The notes beneath the pieces are model-generated. The model was given only the letters and a program-made list of their open reading frames with translations, did not search any database and was not told where the DNA came from. DNA of 63,219 nt, counting the filler, from Corallochytrium limacisporum Hawaii (Eukaryota > Protista > Pluriformea), in NCBI GenBank assembly GCA_002811645.1. It is 5 parts of 5 records of this genome, joined end to end, with 100 filler letters (N's around TTAATTAATTAA, not from the genome) between each part and the next. Parts side by side here need not be neighbours in the genome. Positions count along the whole stretch, not along the records: positions 48,790 to 60,908 come from PDIP01000148.1; positions 61,009 to 63,219 come from PDIP01000145.1; 3 more parts are not named here. The stretch is one strand, 5' to 3'. Within the stretch, counting starts at the first letter, position 1; each line of letters starts with the position of its first letter. The position numbers were made by a program, and so were the translations under genes. Below are positions 55,265 through 63,219 of the stretch, piece by piece.

Positions 55265-58200
55265 TCGACTTCTCAAGCAGACACAGAAAAGGGTGCATAG
55301 GTGCTCAGCTACCACAAACTGTTTTCTTATCTTTGCATGTCCATGTTCACATATCCATCATCATTCCATCATCTGCGCATTCAATAGCCAACACGCTGAA
55401 CCCCTACACCGCACCTATTTTGGGACATGCAGGAAAGCCACCACCACTGGGCTTAGGTATGAGCAAATCAGTTCACAATCCTTTCAAATATTTGTTCCAT
55501 TGTGCTCTACCGTAATCACTAGAATATAATCACTACGAATCCCGTACGGTTGGCTGGATCAAACGGTCCGGCATCAAAACCAATCGGGAACAGCCCTTAT
55601 TGGCCCCTTGATGAGGCCTCTGCAGACCCAAACACACCCCGTGTACCCCTTTTTCTCGACTACTCTTTGGGCCTGGTCGACCGACATCCCACACATACTC
55701 CGAACAAAGGGAACAGATGCCGCTATTGCCAGCTGCCTGGATCTCCCTTTCCCGTACTTGAATCATCGAGGTAAGAATACTTACTCCATGCGAAAAAAAA
55801 GGAGGAAATCATGTGGACACAATCTTGGCCCAGAATCAGTAAGTGGAACCTACCCCCTTCCCCCTTCCCCATCTTTGCAGGGATTGTCCCCGAACAATCG
55901 TCACAGCCGCAAAACCACGGGATTATGGGAGGGCCGCTCCAGAAGCCCATCTTCGCGACAGTAAATCGCCCCCTCGTTTCCCAACCCCCGGTGCGTATCG
56001 GTGGTACTCGGGGTAAGAGGCTGGGTGGGTGGCCCGGTGCCGCACCCCAAAAATGTCTCACCGTGAAATTGCCTATCGGAAGCTAATGGGTGAGAGAGGT
56101 CATCCAGAGTGGTGTTTCTGCACTCGTCACTCTACGGTTATCGCGCACAGCACGGGATTGGGGTGTCTAATTTACTACCCCGTGTTATGATGACGCGTGT
56201 ACAAGGGTCTGTGCAGACAGCAGTCCCACATCGCTTTGGTGACGGGCCCAGTACTCAACACACCACAATTTCACGGGCTCGCTCGCAGGTGTTTCTCGGA
56301 AGACAGTAGTCATAAGCGACGGAGCGAGCCCGAAAGGATAGCTCCTGTTGATCATCGAGTCTTTTTGTTCCCGCTTCGCTCTTTGTGCACCAATGCGCGC
56401 AGTCGTTTGCCTGAGGCGGAGCGGTTTTCAGAATCCTTACGGCCTTGACATTTGAGTACATTGAACATACAAACCATCTCAGACTGCGGCTGAAGGTGAA
56501 CTAGTCGGCCGACCTGTCTTCAGCAGCACAAAAAAAAAACTGAGGGATGTCAGCCGGTCCGTCCGGTGCGTATAAAGAAACTACCACCACGAAGAAATTA
56601 GGTCTTAGAGGGCCAGTAGATTGTGTATCACGGCAATCCCTTGCGTTGGAAACGGATAGAAAATATATGGGAACATTTGCGGCCCGTCACAAATTTTTGG
56701 GCGCCGGGGGGGGGTTGTCTTGCTATGGACGCGCGCATGGAAAATTTTCCGTTCCCAATTGCAGAGAAGCCGGTCCTCTGATCTAAAAATAGCACACCAT
56801 GCATGCAGTAGTGAATGTACGGAAGAGGGGTCCCAATTTGGCGATGGCCCGGTCTGCAATTTCTTGCCTATACCACCGCAATTCCTATCTGGGTCCACGC
56901 GGGGTGGTCGAGCCCCTTTCTTCACAGCAAGCGAATGGTTCTCGGTGTTTAATGTCCGTGTATTGTTAACAACTGAGGAAGGCAAAACGGGAAAACCGAA
57001 GAACCTGGGCAATAGAGAGCGCGGCGGTCGGGTCCCCGGACTCTTTCTTCCTCCCTTCGCCTCCGGGGCCTTCCCTTCTTTTTTTTTTTTTGCGTCACTT
57101 TTTTTTTCTCCGTTTTCTTTTTTGACAAAAAACCGATGGTTCCAGACAGGCCTTCCGTCTCCAGCTCCCCTTCCCACTTTGCATTTTTTTTTGCAGGTGA
57201 ACGGTTGGACAGCGGTGGGCCGTCCCTCGGTGCAGTTCAAACAGCTAAAATATAAATCCAGGGAAAAAAGAGAAAGAAAAAGGAAGAAGGAAAGCCATCA
57301 CCACCACCGCCACCGGATGGATCCCGCTCACCCGCCCTTTCTCCTTCTCCTCGCTTCCATTTTTGATTTTTCCCTATTCCTTTTTTTTCTTCTTTGGGCC
57401 TCTGTCGGTTCGCGTGTTATCTCCCGCTCTCTGGTTGTCCGTCATTGTGCCTGCCACTCTATGCCAACCCGCTATGATTAATACATGGCATCTTTTTATT
57501 CGCCTGCTAGTCCATCCGAGACTTTGTGGGGGAGTGCTGCCCTTCCGGGCAAGTACCACTAACTCCCCACCCCCACCCCTTCTCCTCACTCCTCTTCAAC
57601 TTCTCCATCGGTTCAAGATCCCCGGACTTCGCAACTGATGGCGGAGATCACCGTCCAGCTTTGCTGAAAGCCCCCCTTCCCAGAGGTTGCATGGCAGAAT
57701 ACATAGCCAGAGAACTGTAGACTCTTCGAGGTGAAGCGTAGTTTTGGTCCCCCAGCCCTTCTCGAGCGGTTCACGAAGAAAATTGGTTCGTCCCTGCTTT
57801 GCACCTGTCACCACCGCGCACGGACGACGAATGAATAGGTCCAGCAGATATTCTCTTTTCGTTTTACTATACTAATTACATTTAGTACGAACAGACTTGA
57901 TAGACATCCTGGATCCGCTGGAGGCAGTGGGGCCGTGACGCAAATAGAGCGGAACGGACCAAAACAGAGAATGGTTTTGGAGAACTGGCGGTGCATACAA
58001 GCAGCCTTTGATGTCGACAGGCGCAACTCTGGAAATAGACACGGACCACCCGACATTGCGTGGCTGCCCGTGGAACACTTGGATTTGTGTCGAGTGGTCC
58101 TTTGTCCACTTTTGATGAGAAAGTCACGAGTGTCCTTCTCTCGCGCACATTGAACCCGACCGCGGTGTTGACCATGCTATTTCACGTAAGTGACCTTGAC

Positions 58201-58281
58201 TGACCAGTAAGTCTGTTTACATCCCTTCCTCACCTGGCCATTGCCATCTCTCGGGAAATCCATACGATAAGATATTAGGCC

Positions 58282-60486
58282 ATGTCTGGTGTAATGTCTC
58301 TGCCAGTGGCGGACTCCTTCCTGGGTGCTCTCAGGAGGAACCCCCGCCGCAGCGGAGTTGCCGCTGCTGCCCTGTTTGCGGGCATCTACGCCGTCCGCAG
58401 GTACAGAGCCAAACTTAGGGCTGACGGCCGCGAGAGTACACTATTGGAAGAGCGGGCCTTAAAGGAGATCCAGGCCACCTCAAAGAAGCGTATCGGTGTC
58501 GACAAGGACTTCTTTAAGAAGGTCGGCAGGCTGCTGAGGATTGTGATCCCGGGCCTGAGGAGTAAGGAATTCGCAATCCTCCTCTTGCATACCAGCGCTC
58601 TGGTGTTCCGCACCTTGTTGTCCATCTACGTTGCCACTCTGGATGGTGAGATCACACGCAACATTGTATCCGGTGATGTGAGGAGCTTTGCTTGGAACTT
58701 GGCCAAGTGGATGGCCATTGCTATTCCCGCCACCTACACAAACTCCATGATTCGCTTCTTGGAGTCTACCCTGGCTCTGTGCTTCCGCACTCGTCTCGTG
58801 GACTATGCTTACACCCAGTACATGAAGAACCAGACCTACTATAAGGTCGGAAACCTGGACACTCGCATCGACTGTGCTGATCAGTGCATGACCGAGGACA
58901 TCAGCCGCTTCTGTGCCCAGCTAAGCCATCTCTACTCCCAGATCTCCAAGCCCATTCTCGATGTATTCCTCATGAGCTACCAGCTGATTGCCCTGGGTAC
59001 TGCCCGTTCCGGCAGTGGCAGTACCATCCTACCCGCCATCATCGGTATTGGCACGACGATGGCTACCGGCAAGGCCCTGCGCATGCTCGCCCCTCCATTT
59101 GGTCGCATGGTAGCCTACCAGGCCCAGCTTGAAGGTAACCTGCGTTTCATCCACAGCCGTCTGATCACCCATTCTGAAGAGATTGCCTTCTATCGGGGAC
59201 ATGAAGTTGAAGAGAGCATTCTGCGTACCTCCTATGAGAAGCTGCGTCGCCAGATCATGAAGATTTACAGGAGCCGTATCAACTACATCATGTTGGAGCA
59301 GTTCATGATGAAGTACTTGTGGAGCGCCAGCGGTTTGATCATGGTGGCCATGCCGGCGCTGACGCATGCGGAAAAGACGCGCGAAATTGAGTCCACTGGC
59401 GGCCTTAACGAGCAGGCTATGGGCCGTACCCAGGACTTCGTTACCAGCCGTTCCCTGCTTTCCTCGACTGCCGATGCCATTGAGCGTATCATGAGCTCCT
59501 ACAAGGAAGTTACCGAACTGGCCGGCTACACTGAGCGTGTCTCTATGATGATTGATGTCTTTGACGATGTGGACCGTGGCCACTACGTCCGCAACCAGCT
59601 TGACTCTGCCGATGCCGACACGAGCTACAAGCCCAACCAAGCTGTCGTTGAGCGTGTCCATGGAGGTGGCATTCATCTCGAGGATGTGCCCATCATTACC
59701 CCCACCGGCGATCTCTTGGCGGACAAGGTCAACTTGGATATTGAACCCGGCATGCACTTGCTCATCACCGGTCCCAACGGATGTGGTAAGAGCTCTCTGT
59801 TCCGCATGTTGGGTGCCCTGTGGCCCGTCTGGGGCGGTCGCTTCCGTGCTCCCGCCGTCGAGGACCAGTTCTACATCCCCCAGAAGCCATACTTGGTGGT
59901 TGGATCTCTCCGGCAGCAGATTATCTACCCGGACAGTGGAGAGCAGGACATGAAGAAGCGCGGTATGACTGACGATGATCTAATGGACATTATGAAGTGG
60001 GTGGCACTGACTCATGTGGTTGAGCGTGAGGGAGGGTTGGATGCCGTGAATGACTGGAAGGATGTCTTGTCCGGCGGTGAGAAGCAGCGCATTGGTATGG
60101 CCCGTTTGTTCTACTTCAAGCCTCAGTACGCTCTCCTAGACGAGTGCACCAGTGCTGTGAGCATTGATGTTGAAGGCCAGATGTACCAGCATGCCAAGGA
60201 CATTGGCATCACTCTGCTGACCATTACGCATCGCCCGACTCTGTGGAAGTTCCACTCGCACATTCTGCAGTTCGACGGTGCCGGTGGCTACCGCTTCGGT
60301 CTCCTTGATGCGGACTCTCGTCTCTCCCTGGAGGACGAGAAGAAGCACCTGGAAAGCAAGCTCAAGGACGTTCCCCAGCTGGCTGAACGCTTGCGTGCTC
60401 TGTGCACTGACCTCGGCGAAGACTGTGCTCTCGATCTCGACCACTTCCCCCAACCTAGCACTGATATTAGCTTCCGTAGTCCTTAG
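58282..60486 (+). CDS. ABCD: Peroxisomal ABC half-transporter, subfamily D (ABCD1/2, Pxa1-like)
   Basis: SEEIAFYRG (EAA-like), ITGPNGCGKSSLFR, LSGGEKQRIGMARLFY, LLDECTSAVS. Confidence 0.97.
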   Translation: MSGVMSLPVADSFLGALRRNPRRSGVAAAALFAGIYAVRRYRAKLRADGRESTLLEERALKEIQATSKKRIGVDKDFFKKVGRLLRIVIPGLRSKEFAILLLHTSALVFRTLLSIYVATLDGEITRNIVSGDVRSFAWNLAKWMAIAIPATYTNSMIRFLESTLALCFRTRLVDYAYTQYMKNQTYYKVGNLDTRIDCADQCMTEDISRFCAQLSHLYSQISKPILDVFLMSYQLIALGTARSGSGSTILPAIIGIGTTMATGKALRMLAPPFGRMVAYQAQLEGNLRFIHSRLITHSEEIAFYRGHEVEESILRTSYEKLRRQIMKIYRSRINYIMLEQFMMKYLWSASGLIMVAMPALTHAEKTREIESTGGLNEQAMGRTQDFVTSRSLLSSTADAIERIMSSYKEVTELAGYTERVSMMIDVFDDVDRGHYVRNQLDSADADTSYKPNQAVVERVHGGGIHLEDVPIITPTGDLLADKVNLDIEPGMHLLITGPNGCGKSSLFRMLGALWPVWGGRFRAPAVEDQFYIPQKPYLVVGSLRQQIIYPDSGEQDMKKRGMTDDDLMDIMKWVALTHVVEREGGLDAVNDWKDVLSGGEKQRIGMARLFYFKPQYALLDECTSAVSIDVEGQMYQHAKDIGITLLTITHRPTLWKFHSHILQFDGAGGYRFGLLDADSRLSLEDEKKHLESKLKDVPQLAERLRALCTDLGEDCALDLDHFPQPSTDISFRSP

Positions 60487-61008
60487 ATTTTCATGACATG
60501 AAGAAACATTCCTAACACTGCAAAACCCCCATCTTTCATGCACTACATGGTACTACATTCCCATCCATTGCGTATATAGAACATATGTTTTCTGCCAAGT
60601 TTTACGTTACTGCCTTATGTGGATCTGTTTGTTCACCGCTGGCCAAAGCCATCTCCACGGTACTATCCCCTCCGCTGCGTATGAAGTGCCGCCCGTGACA
60701 CGGACCGCGAAGAGAGTACTGGGACTAGTGCTCTTCGTGTCAGGTTAAAGGGGTGCGCGCGTACGTGTTGGTGTGTCCTCTTCATCTGATTGCGCGTTTT
60801 CCTGCCTAGTGTGAGAGCATCAGCCGCCCGCAAGTGTCGGAGAGGAGGGGCCCCAAAGCACAGCGGAGGGTGAGATGGAGAGATCGAAGGGCCCGCCCAA
60901 CACCCCCCNNNNNNNNNNNNNNNNNNNNNNNNNNNNNNNNNNNNNNNNNNNNTTAATTAATTAANNNNNNNNNNNNNNNNNNNNNNNNNNNNNNNNNNNN
61001 NNNNNNNN

Positions 61009-61097
61009 ATAAATAATCATATAAATCACGATCCGGTATATATTTTCGAACGAAAATTTTGGTTGGATACGGAGTATACATTCAACTCAGAGGATAG
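61009..61097. mobile_element. Second copy of variant D terminus; TA at 61098-61099
   Basis: 61013-61099 is identical to 1-87; unrelated flank after the TA. Confidence 0.82.
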
Positions 61098-62935
61098 TAC
61101 CAAGACTGAATCAGACAGATACGCTTTCGAAAAACTGGAGTGTCCTTTTCACCGTCCTAATCTCTTTCGTTTGCTAATCCCGAACCAAAAAAAAAAACAG
61201 GTTTAGTGACCATGTTGTAATCTGCTTCTTTCATTGTTGATGCTGTGTTTTAGTTCTGCGAAACAATGGACCAAGAGAACATATCATGAGCATGTGGGTC
61301 CCTATCGTACGCAAACTAGACGTCCGCTTTTGCGCATGCCGAGAACCGGCCAGAGGTGGTGTCGGCAAAAGAAAAATAGAACGGAGAAAACTGTCGTCAA
61401 TTCCCTAGGCAGTGCGAGTGAGGGCGAGAGTGATGGCATCTAAAGGCAGGATTTTTTGCAAATATACGTCACTCCCTCGTCATGCGTGCCGTCTAAAAGG
61501 CGGAACGGAGGCCAATGCAAGAAATTTCCAAGGTGAGCCACAATGACGGATCTTTCGTCCCCTATTCCAGTCTCTAGCGTCACCCTCGGGAAAAGCACCG
61601 GCTGGGTCTGAGGAACAATTTTGTTTTGCAAACGCTCGACCCGAATACATCCATCGCTGGTAAGGCTGTAAATGGTAGGGAGGGTGCCAAAGGGAGTCAC
61701 GCATCATAGGCGATCAGTGTTCATTCGGCACCTGTGTAGAACCTCTCATAGATAAAGACATCCGCTTTGCATCCCCGCCATCGCACTGAAGGCACATAAC
61801 ACGGGGGCCACAACTGAGCGCGTCTGGATGCGTACCAAGCCTAAGTTGGAGTAACGGCACATGTCCGCATTCTCCTGACGCTCAAGGTCTTGCTACCTCC
61901 CATCCCCCTCCCCCAGTCGGTCCAGTGTGCAGTAATTGCAGGTTGCATAGCTGCCCTCAGCCTGTACAACCATCAAAATTTGGCGCTGCGGGTAGATTTG
62001 GAGCCCACAAGGGGTGGGCCGCCATACTGAAGCGACTGCCAAAAAAGTGCCTCACTGGTCCAATTGAAAGACTCTACTGTACCCGCTCGTCTGGAACAAC
62101 ACTTGCGAAAGGGAGGGAGCGGAGTGGGCTTAAAAGCACGATAACAAGAGCCATGTGTCTGCTTTAGGGCTGACCTACTCCTAAATAACAACAGATGCAG
62201 AAATAGAGAGACAGAGAAGCATTCCCCATATTCCACAGCCTCTCACACCCGCATCTCCGCCATCGGAAGCTTTTTCAATCTATGACCTTTCACCGTCCCG
62301 CCAATTTTACGTGCTCACCACCTGCCGTTAACGGCATAATTTTGAAACTGTACAGACTTCCTTTGTTGTTGTACATGGTATATATAGGGACAGCCGACAC
62401 ATCAACCATCCAAACATCTTACGACATCAATTCTCCGTCAACAGGATGATAATGCACTCACGGGTTTGGACGTCCATGGATGTGTCTGGATGTATCTCAA
62501 CGGGTATTGTGCATGACGATGTCTTGTATGGGACAAGCCTTTTTGTCCAAAACCACACCACTAAATGTCCGACTGTTTACCAAGAGAGTTAAAGGGTTGG
62601 CATCCACGGCTTTATACATGAATACATGCCCACGACAAGGGGTGATCCAGAGCAAAAGGGTAGTTATTCAAATGGATAATGTTCCGATCCCAGTTGTCCA
62701 TAGACTTACCGATATTCGTATACCAAGCTTTCACACTATCAATCTCCTACTGTGCCCCGATCACCACTCTGTGCCCCTGTGGGAGATTACCCCTCCCCGG
62801 GGGGGAGGACCTAATTGTGACATGGAGACAAAACTTATGGTCCACATATTTGCCCACACATTGATTACCCCAAGACCCGACGAATGGAAAAGGGCGGTCC
62901 CCGGTCTCTCCCTCCCTCTCCGCACCCCAACCCTC

Positions 62936-62977
<42 letters not shown>

Positions 62978-63219
62978 TGTCGTTTGCTCCGAACGCCTGT
63001 GTTTGGGTGGGAAGGCGGGGGGGGGGAGGTCGGCATTGCTAAAAGGTTGACATGCCTGGCTCAGCAGACTGGCCCACTGCGTCAGTACAGTAGCAAATGA
63101 CGTAGAGATACCATTTCACATTTTTTATGGTTCCAACAACTTTGTCCAAAATTGCGAAGGGGGGGGGGGGGGGGGGGGGGGGGCTTGGAAAGGAAAAAAA
63201 AGAAAAAAAAAAAAAAAAA

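Noticed and set aside
55500-58200. ORFs in long intergenic tracts (also 100-1300, 31100-33000, 61100-63219)
   Set aside because: Low-complexity translations driven by homopolymers and microsatellites.
58186-58207. 22-nt micro-intron-like GTAAGT..CTGAC.CAG upstream of ABCD
   Set aside because: Splicing creates no useful ORF; a single instance can arise by chance.
60661-60680. TA|CTATCCCCTCCG as a partner end for variant D
   Set aside because: Only 6 nt match the tip, and the following sequence is GC-rich and unlike the other termini.
1-63219. CRISPR array, tRNA/rRNA genes, transposase or Fanzor ORF
   Set aside because: None recognisable in the assembled sequence; any element-encoded protein would lie in unassembled gaps.

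Overview
Compact, gene-dense eukaryotic nuclear DNA, probably from a unicellular opisthokont/holozoan. This is inferred from KANSL3, IRAK1BP1/SIMPL, FERM and C1orf53-like genes and a near-total lack of introns; Corallochytrium is one unverified candidate. The window is five contigs joined by artificial 100-nt linkers (N44-TTAATTAATTAA-N44). It holds about 24 apparently single-exon genes: DDI1, kinesin-8, mitochondrial NDK, bL36m (missed by the ORF track), STOML2, C1orf53-like, AFG1L, PSMA3, WDR76, TEX10/Ipi1, a tandem-MARVEL-like protein, a secreted Cys-rich protein, an O-fucosyltransferase-like protein, an orphan, a YGR210C-type GTPase, a FERM-like protein, LPCAT, BI-1, MsrB-like, KANSL3, SIMPL, BUD31, DDX6 and ABCD. 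The main signal the genes do not explain is at the contig ends. Seven of the ten ends (all five starts, two ends) lie inside related, TA-bounded inverted-repeat termini, TA|CYAHCCTCTG, which resemble Stowaway/Tc1-mariner ends. There are six distinct variants, one present twice at 87/87 identity, and several carry E2F/CHR-like subterminal motifs. The element bodies are unassembled, so their cargo cannot be seen here.
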